A stretch of 37,259 nt of DNA from an uncultured Cytophagia bacterium (GTDB taxonomy: Bacteria; Zhuqueibacterota; Zhuqueibacteria; Residuimicrobiales; Residuimicrobiaceae), in contig CAZKQR010000003.1 in NCBI GenBank assembly GCA_964554965.1, forward strand, positions 1 through 37,259, given 5' to 3'. A program made the position numbers and the translations under genes. Each line of letters starts with the position of its first letter. The first letter of the stretch is position 1. This document shows, one piece after another, positions 16,224 through 26,685 of the stretch. The notes beneath the pieces were generated by a model, which saw only the letters and a program-made list of their open reading frames with translations, was not told the origin of the DNA and ran no database searches.

Positions 16224-17831
16224 TCAGACGTCGATGCGCTGCAGCACCGTATCCTGGAGAAAATTTTCGTCGTCTGTTTTTGGATAGTCGGTCGTATAAT
16301 GCAACCCGCGGCTCTCCTTGCGCATCAGAGCGGACTGGATGATCAGCTGAGCGACGGTGGCCAGGTTGCGCAACTCGATCAATCCTTCGGTGATTTTTGT
16401 GCGCCGGTAAAAGTTCTCGATTTCCTGCCGGATCAAGCGGATCCGGCTGAGGGCGCGTTCCAGCCGCAGAGTGGAACGGACGATGCCGACGTAATCCCAC
16501 ATGATGTTCTTGATCTCCATTTTATCATGGGAGATGAGTACCCACTCTTCGCTGTTAAACGTTCCGCTGTCGTCCCAGCGGGGAATGTCGGGAAACTCAA
16601 AGCGTCGTGATTCCACATAGCGGACGGCGGTCTCACTGGCGACATGGGCAAAGACCACGGCCTCCAGTAAAGAATTGGATGCCAGCCGGTTGGCGCCGTG
16701 CACGCCGGTGCAGGTCACTTCCCCGGCGGCGAACAGACCGCCGATGCTGGTGCGCGCCTGCAGATCGGTGATCACGCCTCCGCAGGCATAATGGGCGGCC
16801 GGCACCACCGGGATTGGTTCCTGAGTGATGTCGATTTTATAATTCATGCAGTTTTCATAGATGTGTGGGAAATGGCTCTTGATCTCTTCGGCGCTTTTAT
16901 GGGTGATGTCGAGGTAGACGCAGGGATCGCCGCTTTTTTTCATCTCGCTGTCAATCGCCCTGGCGACGATGTCGCGCGGCGCCAGGGAGGCCATGGCATG
17001 ATATTTTTCCATAAAGGACTCACCGGCCTTGGTGATCAGACGGCCGCCGAATCCCCGCACGGCCTCAGAGATCAGGAACGAGTTCGCCTCCGGATGGTAG
17101 AGGGAGGTGGGATGAAATTGCATGAACTCCATGTTGCCGATGTTTGCTCCCGCACGATAGCTCAAAGCCACGCCATCGCCGGTGGCGATGGCGGGATTGG
17201 TGGTGTGTTGATAGACCTGACCGCATCCGCCCGTGGCCAGGATGGTCGCCCTGGCGACGAAGCGGTCGATTTGGTTGGTCTGAACTTCCAGCACATAGGC
17301 GCCCCAGCAGTGCAGTTCCATCGGCTGCGGCTGGGGTGAAAAAAAATGATGCTCGGTGATCAACTCGATGGCCACATGGTGTTCATAGAGCGTGATGTTG
17401 GCGTTGCTTTTGACAGCCGCCAGCAGGGCTTGTTCCACATCCCGGCCGGTGTGGTCTTTGACATGGACGATACGATGATGGTGATGCCCCCCTTCCCGGC
17501 CGAGGTCGAACCGGCCGTTCTCCTTCTGGGTAAATGCCACGCCCAGAGCAAACAGCTCGCGCACCCGTTCCGGGCCCTGTTCGACGATCAGGCGAACCGC
17601 ATCCTCGTGACACAGTCCGGCTCCGGCCTGCAGCGTGTCCTGAATATGACGATCGAAAGAATCGCCTTCGTCGAAAACTGCGGCGATGCCGCCCTGTGCA
17701 TAGTTGGTGTTAGACTCGTTCTGCTGCTTTTTGGTGACCACGGCCACTGTGCCTTTTTGGGCAAGCTTGATGGCTGCGGAGAGTCCGGCGATGCCGCTGC
17801 CGATGACCAGAAAATCAGTTTGAAGGCTCAT
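16224..17831 (-). CDS. nadB: L-aspartate oxidase
   Basis: FAD motif [15 protein letters not shown]. The succinate dehydrogenase/fumarate reductase flavoprotein-like core (HYTMGG-equivalent HYACGGV) and the 535 aa length are typical of NadB. Confidence 0.9.
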   Translation of the reverse strand: MSLQTDFLVIGSGIAGLSAAIKLAQKGTVAVVTKKQQNESNTNYAQGGIAAVFDEGDSFDRHIQDTLQAGAGLCHEDAVRLIVEQGPERVRELFALGVAFTQKENGRFDLGREGGHHHHRIVHVKDHTGRDVEQALLAAVKSNANITLYEHHVAIELITEHHFFSPQPQPMELHCWGAYVLEVQTNQIDRFVARATILATGGCGQVYQHTTNPAIATGDGVALSYRAGANIGNMEFMQFHPTSLYHPEANSFLISEAVRGFGGRLITKAGESFMEKYHAMASLAPRDIVARAIDSEMKKSGDPCVYLDITHKSAEEIKSHFPHIYENCMNYKIDITQEPIPVVPAAHYACGGVITDLQARTSIGGLFAAGEVTCTGVHGANRLASNSLLEAVVFAHVASETAVRYVESRRFEFPDIPRWDDSGTFNSEEWVLISHDKMEIKNIMWDYVGIVRSTLRLERALSRIRLIRQEIENFYRRTKITEGLIELRNLATVAQLIIQSALMRKESRGLHYTTDYPKTDDENFLQDTVLQRIDV

Positions 17832-17861
17832 CGTATGATCCTATGTTAGGTCTGCCGCCGG

Positions 17862-18482
17862 CTATTGGGCGCGATCGCCCCAGGAGCGGTAGTACAGCTC
17901 TTTGGCTTCGATGGTCATGCCCGGATTGTGTCCCTGAATGGCAAAATGACCCTGGGTGTATTCTGAATCCGCGAACTCGGTGACCAGCTGCTCGTTCACC
18001 CAGATCTGAATGTTCGCGCCGATCGCCTTGATGCGCAGGGAGAACCATTCGTTGTCCTTGGTCAACAGGGCTTTGGCCTGGCCGGTCGGTTTGCCGGGTT
18101 TCCACAGCCAGCCGGTGTGCGCGGTGGAATGGTTATCGATCTGCGCTTCATAGCCGCGGGGAAAGCCCTCCGGATTGGATTCCGGCGGATTGGCGCGAAA
18201 GTACAAGCCGCTGTTGCCTTTTTCGCTGACGCGGAACATACCCTTGATTTCCAGGTCGCTCAGCACCGGCTCTGCGTAGAGATGGCCCATCCCGTCCCGG
18301 CCGATCAGGACGCCGTCGCGCACCTCCCAGGTGGCTTTGCCGCGGCAGAACCAGCCGTCTAGATTTTTGCCGTTGAACAGGGAAATCCATTCCGGCTCTG
18401 CACTGTTTTTCACCTCGGATTTTTGGCATCCAGCCGCCGAGAACAACAGGACCCCCAGTAGGACGAGCGTTTGTTTTTTCAT
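17862..18482 (-). CDS. DUF1080 (3-keto-disaccharide hydrolase-like) lipoprotein
   Basis: ORF trimmed to ATG 18482 (GAGGA RBS). Signal peptide plus lipobox MKKQTLVLLGVLLFSAAGC. DUF1080 pattern: WISLFNGKNLDGW...W.V.DGVL.G...G.L, GYE.Q.D, and HFAIQGH. Confidence 0.75.
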   Translation of the reverse strand: MKKQTLVLLGVLLFSAAGCQKSEVKNSAEPEWISLFNGKNLDGWFCRGKATWEVRDGVLIGRDGMGHLYAEPVLSDLEIKGMFRVSEKGNSGLYFRANPPESNPEGFPRGYEAQIDNHSTAHTGWLWKPGKPTGQAKALLTKDNEWFSLRIKAIGANIQIWVNEQLVTEFADSEYTQGHFAIQGHNPGMTIEAKELYYRSWGDRAQ

Positions 18483-18526
18483 GATTGATCCTCGTGTGAT
18501 GATGATGGTAAAGGGTTCTAATCCAT

Positions 18527-18555
18527 AGTATACGTTTTTTGCGGCCAAGAGTCAA
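18527..18555 (-). promoter_or_regulatory. sigma70-type promoter candidate for DUF1080-nadB(-ATPase)
   Basis: Minus strand: TTGACT (18555..18550), 17 nt, TATACT (18532..18527). About 45 nt upstream of the ATG at 18482. Confidence 0.5.
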
Positions 18556-18644
18556 ATAAAAATACGCGGGAAAGGACTGGATCATCATCACGGCAAGTCG
18601 TATATTAGGCAATCCTCATCGAAGAAAAGTCAAAGGAGCCGGTC

Positions 18645-19637
18645 ATGAAAGGTAATCCGTGTATTTGCTTGATCATGAGCGTGTGGATGCATGTCAGTGC
18701 GCCGGCGTATTCATCGGCGCCATCCCCTGCGGATGGGATGAGAGAGATGCGTTACAGCCGCCGGACTGCGGCAGAAGCGGTACGATGGCAACACCAGTTG
18801 CGCCAACAATGTATCGATCTGCTTCGTCTGCAGGATCTGATGAGCCTGCGCGGCCAACTTCCGTTCCAAATCAAGCGATGCGCCGAGTCGGACCGAGCCG
18901 GCTATCGAACGATGGAATTGGAAATGGACGCCACTCCCGGAAGAAGAATGTCCGTGGTTTTGACCAGGCCTTTGCAGGGCGCCGGACCGTTTCCCGCAGT
19001 GGTGTGTGTGCACGGCCATGGCGGTTCACGACACGTTGTGTACAACGTCGAGACCATTTATAAAGGCTTTGCGCATTCTCTGGCGGAAGCGGGGTATGTG
19101 ACCATCTCAGCGGAGGTGGGCCGGCATCAAGTCTTTGAATCAGGCCGCACTCTGATGGGTGAACGGTTGTGGGATTTGTTACGCTGCGTCGATTATTTGC
19201 GTTCCTTGGAGGAGGTGGATGTTCAGCGCATCGGCTGCGCGGGGTTGTCCCTGGGCGGTGAGATGGCCATGTGGTTGGCGGCCATAGATGAGGGGATCGC
19301 CGCAACGGTCAGCGCCGGATTTCTCACCATGATGGATCAGATGGAAAAGAATCATTGTCCGTGCTGGAAGTTCGACGGCCTGCGCCGGCGGGCGGATTGG
19401 CCGGACATTTACTCGCTGATTGCGCCGCGGCCGTTGCAGTGTCAGAACGGATGGAAAGAGCCGCCGCCGGATTTCGTCGTGTCTCTCGCCCGCCTGGCGA
19501 TGGCTCAGATTCAGCCGATCTATGAGGACCTGGGCCGGCCCAAGGCGGTGGAGCTGCATGCGCACTGCGGCGCGCACGAGATCGATCTTGCCGCGTTGAT
19601 GGATTTTTTTGAGCGTACGCTGCGTCCTCGTCCATGA
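18645..19637 (+). CDS. alpha/beta hydrolase (acetyl-xylan-esterase / Abhydrolase_7-like)
   Basis: AGGAG RBS and a hydrophobic N-terminus. Nucleophile elbow GLSLGG, preceded by VCVHGHGGS. Substrate unknown. Confidence 0.7.
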   Translation: MKGNPCICLIMSVWMHVSAPAYSSAPSPADGMREMRYSRRTAAEAVRWQHQLRQQCIDLLRLQDLMSLRGQLPFQIKRCAESDRAGYRTMELEMDATPGRRMSVVLTRPLQGAGPFPAVVCVHGHGGSRHVVYNVETIYKGFAHSLAEAGYVTISAEVGRHQVFESGRTLMGERLWDLLRCVDYLRSLEEVDVQRIGCAGLSLGGEMAMWLAAIDEGIAATVSAGFLTMMDQMEKNHCPCWKFDGLRRRADWPDIYSLIAPRPLQCQNGWKEPPPDFVVSLARLAMAQIQPIYEDLGRPKAVELHAHCGAHEIDLAALMDFFERTLRPRP

Positions 19638-19668
19638 GGTAAGGCTTTGGGACGTCGTCGCGGTTGCC

Positions 19669-19709
19669 CACAATTTGTTCTTTGTATTGTGAAAATAACA
19701 ATTAATTTG
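19669..19709 (+). promoter_or_regulatory. AT-rich island upstream of proBA: promoter candidate plus inverted repeat
   Basis: TTTGTA (19681..19686), 16 nt, TAATTT+G (19703..19709). The inverted repeat CACAAT (19669..19674) / ATTGTG (19686..19691) overlaps the -35 region. The -35 match is weak. Confidence 0.3.
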
Positions 19710-19741
19710 TAGGCAGTTGAATCTTTCCGAAAGACAGGGAA

Positions 19742-20872
19742 ATGGCGACAACCGCTTTACCCGTTTGGCGCCGGGCGGTGATCAAAATCGGCAGTGGATT
19801 GATCGCACCGGGCGGAAAAAAATGCAGCACACAATACACGCTGTCCATCGCCGGCTTTATCACAGCGGCTAAAAATCAGGGCAAGGAAATCATCATGGTA
19901 TCCTCCGGCGCTGTGGCCGGCGGCTTGTCCACTCAGCCGGAATTGCTCAAGCATACAACCCGGACCATTCCGGAGAAACAGGCGCTGGCCGCCATCGGCC
20001 AGCCGTTGATGATGAACCATTGGCGCCGCTTTTTTGATTTTCCCTGCGCACAGTTGCTGTTGACCTATGATGATGTCCATACGCGCAAACGGTTCGTCAA
20101 CGCCAAGAACACCATTCGGCAGCTGTTGAAAATGGGCTGTCTGCCGATCGTCAACGAGAACGATACCGTGGCCGTGGAGGAATTGCGGGTCGGCGACAAC
20201 GACAACCTCGCCGCCTACGTCGCCATGCTGGCTGAGGCCGATCTGCTGATCATCTGCAGCGATATCGATGGTCTGTATGATAGCGATCCGCACTGCCACA
20301 GCAGCGCACGGCTGTTGCCGGTGGTGGAAAAAATCGACCGGACCGTCTATGCCCTGGCCGGCGGATCAAGGAATCCCATTGCCACCGGCGGCATGCGCAC
20401 CAAGATCGAAGCGGCACAAAAGGCGTGCGCCCGCGGCATCAACACCGTGCTGATCAATGGCAGCCGGCGCGAGGCGCTGGACTCGCTGCTGGCCGGGCAG
20501 CTGTCCGGAACACTGTTCAAGCGCTCGCAAAACCCCATGACCGCAAAAAAACACTGGATGGTGCACGCTCTGGCCCCCTGCGGTCAGATCACCATCGATG
20601 GGGGCGCCGGCCGCGCTCTGCTGCAGCGCGGCGCTTCTCTGCTGCCCTCCGGAGTGACCGGAGTAGCCGGCGATTTTAAAAAAGGGGAGCCGGTGTTGGT
20701 CCTGCTGCAGCAAGGCAAGCAGACCGTACCGATCGCTAAGGGCATCACCCGCTACGGCGCACGTGATTTGACCAAAATCAAAGGGAGAAAAAGCGCCGAG
20801 ATCACCGGGATTCTCGGCTATGTCGGCGCTGAGGTGATCCATCGGGACGATCTGGTGCTGATTTACGAGTGA
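19742..20872 (+). CDS. proB: glutamate 5-kinase
   Basis: N-terminus RRAVIKIGSGLI, amino-acid-kinase core, C-terminal PUA-like region. It is followed by proA. Confidence 0.9.
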   Translation: MATTALPVWRRAVIKIGSGLIAPGGKKCSTQYTLSIAGFITAAKNQGKEIIMVSSGAVAGGLSTQPELLKHTTRTIPEKQALAAIGQPLMMNHWRRFFDFPCAQLLLTYDDVHTRKRFVNAKNTIRQLLKMGCLPIVNENDTVAVEELRVGDNDNLAAYVAMLAEADLLIICSDIDGLYDSDPHCHSSARLLPVVEKIDRTVYALAGGSRNPIATGGMRTKIEAAQKACARGINTVLINGSRREALDSLLAGQLSGTLFKRSQNPMTAKKHWMVHALAPCGQITIDGGAGRALLQRGASLLPSGVTGVAGDFKKGEPVLVLLQQGKQTVPIAKGITRYGARDLTKIKGRKSAEITGILGYVGAEVIHRDDLVLIYE

Positions 20873-20896
20873 GTTTAGCAAAGGAGAAAATAAAAG

Positions 20897-22153
20897 ATGC
20901 AGGTGCCGTTGGTGGACCTGGTGACAGCCACGCGTCAGGCCGGCCGTACCATCGCCAGACTCGATTCGTCAGCTAAAAACCGCGCTCTGCAGGCCATGGC
21001 TCGCCGGCTGATCGACCGGCAGGCGGAGATTCTGCGCGCCAATGAACAGGACCTGCGTCAGGCGGAGGCCAAGGGGGTGTCCGCGGCCATGCTGGACCGG
21101 CTGACCCTCACTCCGGACCGGCTGCAGGGCATGTCCACCGCGCTGGAGGAATTGGTGCAACTTGCCGATCCAGTGGGAGTTACGTCTGAGTCATGGATAC
21201 GCCCCAATGGCCTGCGCGTCTGCCGTATGCAGATTCCTCTGGGAGTCATCGCCATAATCTATGAGGCGCGCCCCAATGTAACCTCCGACGCGGCGGGACT
21301 TTGCATCAAAAGCGGTAATGCGGTGATTCTGCGCGGCGGTTCTGAGGCTCTTAACTCCAACCAGGCTGTGGTGCGCGCGCTGCGACAGGGTCTGGAGGAG
21401 AGCGATCTTCCCGCAGCGGCTGTAACCCTGATGCCAGGCACAGACCGGCAGGATATGGCGGCTTTGCTCAGAATGGATTCGCTGATCGATCTGGTGATAC
21501 CCCGTGGCGGAGAGGGATTGATACGCTTTGTCGCCGAGAACAGCCGGATACCGGTCATCAAGCATTACAAGGGCATCTGTCATCTTTATGTCGACAAGGA
21601 CGCGGATCTCGACATGGCGTTACGTCTGCTGATCGACGGGAAAACATCGCGTCCGGGCGTGTGCAATGCGCTGGAAACTTTGCTGGTGCACGCACAAGCC
21701 GCTGCCGCGTTTTTGCCCATGGCCCAGGAGGCGTTGAAAAGAAAAAACGTCGAGCTGCGCGGATGCCCCAGGACCTGCGCGCTGATCCCCGCCGCTCTTC
21801 CGGCCCAGGAAAAGGATTACGATACCGAACACCTGGACTTGATCCTCTCGGTGCGTGTGGTGGAGGATTTCAACGCCGCGGTTGCCCATATCGAACAGCA
21901 CGGTTCCGATCACACCGAAGTGATCGTTACGGAAAATTTGACCACCGCCCGGCGGTTTGTTCAGCAGGTGCACTCTTCTTCCGTGATGGTAAACGCCTCC
22001 TCCCGTTTTGCCGACGGCGGTGAGTTGGGATTAGGCGCAGAGATCGGCATCTCCACGACGCGGCTGCACGCCTACGGTCCCATGGGTTTGGAAGCGCTGA
22101 CGACGAAAAAATTCGTCGTCCTGGGCGCCGGGCAAACGAGACATTCCCAATAA
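20897..22153 (+). CDS. proA: glutamate-5-semialdehyde dehydrogenase (gamma-glutamyl phosphate reductase)
   Basis: 418 aa aldehyde dehydrogenase-type protein with the ProA pattern (IYEARPNVT, VCNALETLLVH). AGGAG RBS. Adjacent to proB. Confidence 0.9.
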   Translation: MQVPLVDLVTATRQAGRTIARLDSSAKNRALQAMARRLIDRQAEILRANEQDLRQAEAKGVSAAMLDRLTLTPDRLQGMSTALEELVQLADPVGVTSESWIRPNGLRVCRMQIPLGVIAIIYEARPNVTSDAAGLCIKSGNAVILRGGSEALNSNQAVVRALRQGLEESDLPAAAVTLMPGTDRQDMAALLRMDSLIDLVIPRGGEGLIRFVAENSRIPVIKHYKGICHLYVDKDADLDMALRLLIDGKTSRPGVCNALETLLVHAQAAAAFLPMAQEALKRKNVELRGCPRTCALIPAALPAQEKDYDTEHLDLILSVRVVEDFNAAVAHIEQHGSDHTEVIVTENLTTARRFVQQVHSSSVMVNASSRFADGGELGLGAEIGISTTRLHAYGPMGLEALTTKKFVVLGAGQTRHSQ

Positions 22154-22174
22154 AAAGGATCGAGGAGATATGAG

Positions 22175-22582
22175 ATGAAACCTTTTATCGATCATATTGC
22201 TTTGCGGGTGAGCAACCTGGATCAGGCGATTTTATTTTATACCGATGTTTTAAAATTCGAGTTGAATTTCCGCACCCTGGATGAGAAGCATCACGAGGCG
22301 TTCGCCTATCTGCAGATGGAGGGGGGCAGGCTAGAGTTGCTGCAAAAGCTGGATGCAAACAATCAACCCATGGCTTACGAGCGGCCGCCGGTCGTGCCGC
22401 CTTTTTGTCCGCATCTGGCGCTGGGCTGCGCTGATTTGGATGAGATGGTCCTTGATCTGAAAAAAAGAGCGGTGCCGTTGATCGAAGGCCCTCTGATCAT
22501 TCCGGGCGAGGTGAAATGGCTGTACATCGCCGATCCGGACCATAACATCATTGAATTCGTGCAGTGGTTGAAAAAACCCTGA
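22175..22582 (+). CDS. VOC (glyoxalase/bleomycin-resistance/dioxygenase) family protein
   Basis: 135 aa. FIDHIALRVSNLDQAILFYTDVLKF and the C-terminal ...DPDHNIIEF are typical of the VOC fold. Confidence 0.75.
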   Translation: MKPFIDHIALRVSNLDQAILFYTDVLKFELNFRTLDEKHHEAFAYLQMEGGRLELLQKLDANNQPMAYERPPVVPPFCPHLALGCADLDEMVLDLKKRAVPLIEGPLIIPGEVKWLYIADPDHNIIEFVQWLKKP

Positions 22583-22602
22583 GCGTTGAGTGGACGCTTT
22601 TT
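22582..22602 (+). terminator. weak intrinsic terminator candidate after proBA-VOC
   Basis: AGCGT-tgagtgg-ACGCT followed by TTTT, starting at the last base of the VOC TGA stop codon. The stem is only 5 bp. Confidence 0.3.
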
Positions 22603-23699
22603 CAAACTCTAGGCAAAGCCTCTTCAATAATTCCACCCCCCACCAGCCTATCCCCCTGATAGCAGACCACGGATTGCCCCGGCGTCACCGCCGGCCGCGG
22701 CTCTGTAAATTGAAGGATGACGTTGTCCTGTTCCACCTGCTCTATGGTCGCTGCGAATCCGGGATCCTTGTAGCGAATTCGCGCCTCTACTTTGGCGCCG
22801 GCCGCCGGCTGCGGCCAGGCCAGCCAATTGGTGTGACTCGCTCTCAATCCAGAGGCCAGCAATTCCTGCTGGTCTCCAAGCCGAATGCGGTTGTTAGCGG
22901 GATCGATTCCGCAGACAAACACCGGCCGCCCCAAGGCGACCCCCAGCCCCTTGCGCTGACCGATGGTGTAAAAAGGAAAGCCGCGATGCCGGCCGATCAC
23001 AGCGCCCGTGCGATCGACGAAATCACCTGAGGGAACAGAGTGGCCGGCCTGCGAAAACCGGTCGGTGAGGAAACGGCGAAAGTCGTCATCCAGAATAAAA
23101 CAGATTTCCTGGCTTTCATTTTTATCAGCCACAGCCAGGTTCCACTCCCGTGCTTTGGCTCGGACTTCCTCTTTGCTCCATTCGCCCAAAGGAAACAGCG
23201 TGTAGCGCAGCTGTTCCTGCGACAATCGCCACAACGCGTAAGATTGATCCTTAGCCCGGTGCATTGCCTGCTGCAGCGAATAACGGCCGCTCTGTGGATC
23301 TGTCAGCACACGGCAGTAATGGCCGGTGGCGAAAAGTTCGGCTCCGCAGCGGCGGCCGAATTCCCACAGCGCCCCCCACTTGATGTGTACATTGCAGTGG
23401 ACGCAGGGATTGGGCGTGCGGCCGGCCGAATATTCGCCGACAAAATAGTCGATGACCGTTTTTTCGAACTGCGCATGCAGGTCCACCACATGATGCTCGA
23501 TGTCCAGCTGCCGGCAGACGATAGCCGCGTCGCGGCTTGGCTGGGACGGATGCCGGAGCGCACCCTGCGCAGGCAGCAGGGAAGCGTCCAGATGTTCCAT
23601 GGTGACGCCGATGACCTTGTAACCCTGCTTCTGCAGCCAGGCGGCGGCCACCGAGCTGTCCACGCCGCCGCTCATGGCCACAGCCACTAGCGATTTCAT
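22602..23699 (-). CDS. mnmA: tRNA 2-thiouridine(34) synthase
   Basis: PP-loop VAVAMSGGVDSSVAA, conserved Cys residues (NPCVHCN), 365 aa. Confidence 0.9.
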   Translation of the reverse strand: MKSLVAVAMSGGVDSSVAAAWLQKQGYKVIGVTMEHLDASLLPAQGALRHPSQPSRDAAIVCRQLDIEHHVVDLHAQFEKTVIDYFVGEYSAGRTPNPCVHCNVHIKWGALWEFGRRCGAELFATGHYCRVLTDPQSGRYSLQQAMHRAKDQSYALWRLSQEQLRYTLFPLGEWSKEEVRAKAREWNLAVADKNESQEICFILDDDFRRFLTDRFSQAGHSVPSGDFVDRTGAVIGRHRGFPFYTIGQRKGLGVALGRPVFVCGIDPANNRIRLGDQQELLASGLRASHTNWLAWPQPAAGAKVEARIRYKDPGFAATIEQVEQDNVILQFTEPRPAVTPGQSVVCYQGDRLVGGGIIEEALPRV

Positions 23700-23709
23700 A
23701 GGCCGCCGC

Positions 23710-26490
23710 TCACTTTGTCAGTTCCAATCCCCAGGTTTTATTTTTCATTATCGCCGGCACGCCGGTTTTCATCCATAGGGGCATGGGAGCGTCCATTAAA
23801 TAGTGATCGAAAAACTGCTGCAGACGAATGGAGAGATCCTTGCGATTTTTGCGCTCTTTGAGATTGTGTTCTTCGCCGTTGTAAACCAGCAGCCAGGCGG
23901 GTTTGCCCAACCGGCGTAGAGCGGTGAACAGCTCGATCCCCTGCTGATAGGGGACGGCGCCGTCGTTATCGTTATGCATGATCAACAGTGGAGTGGTGAC
24001 ATCCGGCGCTTTAAACAGCGGCGAGTTTTCGATGTAATGCCACGGTTTTTCCCACAGCGTGGCGCCGATGCGGCTTTGTTCCCGCTCATACTGAAACTGG
24101 CGCACCCGGCCCGACTCTAGACGAATGCCTCCATAGGCGCTGGTCATGTTGCTCACCGGAGCGCCGGCGCCGGCGCAACGAAACAGATGCGAGTGCGCAA
24201 CCAGATAGGCCACCTGGTATCCGCCCCAGCTCTGCCCCTGAATGCCGATGCGGCTTTGGTCGACGAATCCGCGACCAATCAGAGCATGAACGCCGGGAAG
24301 GATGCACGACAGTGCGCTTTTCCCCGGATACCCGTCTTCATAGACGATGTCCGGAATAAAAAAGAGATAACCACGGCTGGCGTAGAACACCGGCGAAACC
24401 GTGGATGCGCTGGGCCGTGGTTCAAAGTACCGGTGCAGCAGATCGGCGTTGCGCTCGTAAAAATAGACGATCATGGGGTATTGCCTGGTCGAGTCGAAAT
24501 TTTCCGGCTTGTACAGCAGGCCCTGCAACGGTTTGCCGTCGTTGGAGAGCCAGTGGACCAATTCTACCGATCCCCATAAATAGCCGGCCTGCTGCGGATT
24601 GGCGTCGCTCCTTCTCAGCGGTTGAGTGAACCGTGTATCCATAGTCCACAGATCGGGAAACTCGCGAAAGGTGGAGCGCGTAAAGGCCAGCCTGTCCGCC
24701 TGTTTTGCTTTGATCGGATTGCCCAGGGATTGAGCCGCGTGAAAAAGGAGTAGCGGCGCTGCGTCGTCGCGCAGCCGTTTGCTGCAAAAGCCTTCGGATT
24801 TGTCGCGATAATCAAAAGTTTTCAGCAGCAGCGGCTTGTCGCTATCGATAAATTTGATCTCCGGATCCAGCGACAGGTAACGGTAGCTGGTTTGCTCCTG
24901 TCGCCCCAGTCCTTTGGTGATGATACGGGCAGCGGCTTTATTCGCCGGATCCAGCTCCCAGATATCGTAACGGTCATAGAGCAGAACGCGGCGGTCCTGA
25001 GCGGTCCAGCCCATCAATCCATAGGCGGCCGGGTAATTCAGACGGTCATTCAGTTCATCGGCAAAAGAGACGCCGAGGCCGGCGGTCAGGTTGTTGGTTT
25101 TTCCGGAAGCGACCTCATAAGAGAACCAGTGGCTCTGCACTTCATCGAACCACAGCACGTATTTGCCATGGGTTGAGGCGCTGACAGGGCCGGCGATCTT
25201 TTTAGCGATGAGGGTGCGTGCGCCATCTGCAAGGCGTACGCTGTAGAGATCCTGAAAGGTGGCGCCATCCCAGGAGAGCAGCATCTGATAAGGCAGGCTG
25301 CTCAGCCCCAAAGCCCAAGGGGCGTCGCCCTCTTGGACGATTTTCACCTCGGGCAGATCGACGGCCGCCAGTTGCGAGAATTTTTCATCTTTCACGCGCA
25401 CCGCCGCTGTGTAACTGCGCTTGAGTTCCTTTTCCAGGTCATGAACCTGCTGCGACTGTAGAAGCGGGTCCTGGTAATGCCAGATGTCGAGTTTGGCGGT
25501 TTCGAACTCTACCAGCAGGGTGTCCTCAGCCACGGGGATGGGCGCTGTGCCTAAAAACAGCTGTTCGCCGTTGCGGCTGAACTGGAGCGTCTGGTTTTCG
25601 CTGATCAGCCAGTGTCGCGGGAAACCGGTTTTCAGCGTGTCGAGAAGCCGGCGCGCCGAATCGTTCTCCGCGCGCCAGCAAAAGAGGGAATAAAACCGTT
25701 GTTTGTTTTTGCTGGTGTCGCTGTCGGCAAGAAAGGCGGCCTGTTGGCCTGGTTCATCCCAGAGTAATTTTTTATACACCGCCTTGCCGCTTTGAATCAT
25801 ACGCCAGGAGGAAGAGGAGGTGGTAAATACATAGACGCCGGGTTTTTGTGTGCTGTCCGCGTCAGAGCAAGCGAATAGAATGCGCTGCCCCGTCTTGGCG
25901 ACCTGATAGTCCGTCACGGCATGAAACGTCCACTCCCGGCCGTCTGTCAGCCGTCTTATCACCAGATCGCTGCCCGCTTCATCCGCTTTCTTTTTATCTT
26001 TGCCCTTCTCCTGTTTCGCCAGCGCCGGATCTTTCTCGCGCTGATACGCCAGCCAACCGGCGCCCTTTTCCGGCAGCTGAAAAGATTTGAGCCACCCGAC
26101 CTTGGTCACTGAACCGTTGTTCAGTTGCAGGATGGCCAGAGAATCCTTGGGCATCTCCTCCTCTTTTTTCTTGGCGATCTTGGCTTTGCGAGTCTCCTGA
26201 AAAAAGGGTTGAATGTGCGCTACCACGAAACGCGAGTCTTGAGTAAAAAGCGCTTTGTGGCCGCGGGGAATCAGGAAGGTTTGTTCTCGATCGAGCGCGG
26301 TGATCCGCAGCTCACCATCCCCTTCCTGGGGCGCCAGGCTGTAAAGCAAAAAGGCGCCGTTCTCCGACAGAGCGGTTCCGGCGATCGAGTTCCATCGGTC
26401 ATAGACCGAGTGGTCGAGCGGTTTTTTTTCAGCCAAACAGCTTGCGGCGATTACCAAAAGGCAAAGCGAAAGACCGATCCGTTTCATCAT
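23710..26490 (-). CDS. S9 family serine peptidase (prolyl oligopeptidase/dipeptidyl peptidase type), secreted
   Basis: ORF trimmed to ATG 26490 (MMKRIGLSLCLLVIAASC, a signal peptide). A long propeller-like N-terminal region precedes the catalytic domain with GIQGQSWGGY (GxSxGG) and downstream D/H (HNDNDGAV, EEHNL). Confidence 0.8.
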   Translation of the reverse strand: MMKRIGLSLCLLVIAASCLAEKKPLDHSVYDRWNSIAGTALSENGAFLLYSLAPQEGDGELRITALDREQTFLIPRGHKALFTQDSRFVVAHIQPFFQETRKAKIAKKKEEEMPKDSLAILQLNNGSVTKVGWLKSFQLPEKGAGWLAYQREKDPALAKQEKGKDKKKADEAGSDLVIRRLTDGREWTFHAVTDYQVAKTGQRILFACSDADSTQKPGVYVFTTSSSSWRMIQSGKAVYKKLLWDEPGQQAAFLADSDTSKNKQRFYSLFCWRAENDSARRLLDTLKTGFPRHWLISENQTLQFSRNGEQLFLGTAPIPVAEDTLLVEFETAKLDIWHYQDPLLQSQQVHDLEKELKRSYTAAVRVKDEKFSQLAAVDLPEVKIVQEGDAPWALGLSSLPYQMLLSWDGATFQDLYSVRLADGARTLIAKKIAGPVSASTHGKYVLWFDEVQSHWFSYEVASGKTNNLTAGLGVSFADELNDRLNYPAAYGLMGWTAQDRRVLLYDRYDIWELDPANKAAARIITKGLGRQEQTSYRYLSLDPEIKFIDSDKPLLLKTFDYRDKSEGFCSKRLRDDAAPLLLFHAAQSLGNPIKAKQADRLAFTRSTFREFPDLWTMDTRFTQPLRRSDANPQQAGYLWGSVELVHWLSNDGKPLQGLLYKPENFDSTRQYPMIVYFYERNADLLHRYFEPRPSASTVSPVFYASRGYLFFIPDIVYEDGYPGKSALSCILPGVHALIGRGFVDQSRIGIQGQSWGGYQVAYLVAHSHLFRCAGAGAPVSNMTSAYGGIRLESGRVRQFQYEREQSRIGATLWEKPWHYIENSPLFKAPDVTTPLLIMHNDNDGAVPYQQGIELFTALRRLGKPAWLLVYNGEEHNLKERKNRKDLSIRLQQFFDHYLMDAPMPLWMKTGVPAIMKNKTWGLELTK

Positions 26491-26685
26491 GAGTACCTGA
26501 CTGGTTGTGAGCGAAGAAGGATTTAACAAATGTAGGAATTTTTGCGGGAAAAATAAACAACTATGTGCAGCGCGCGCCCGGGGAGGGAGCGAAGAGCGCC
26601 CTACGGGTGCTGCCGTTCCATTGCTGCGATGGTGTCGGCGAAAAGCGGCTGGTTGAAAAAAGGGGTATTGCCCATGCCGTCTGGA

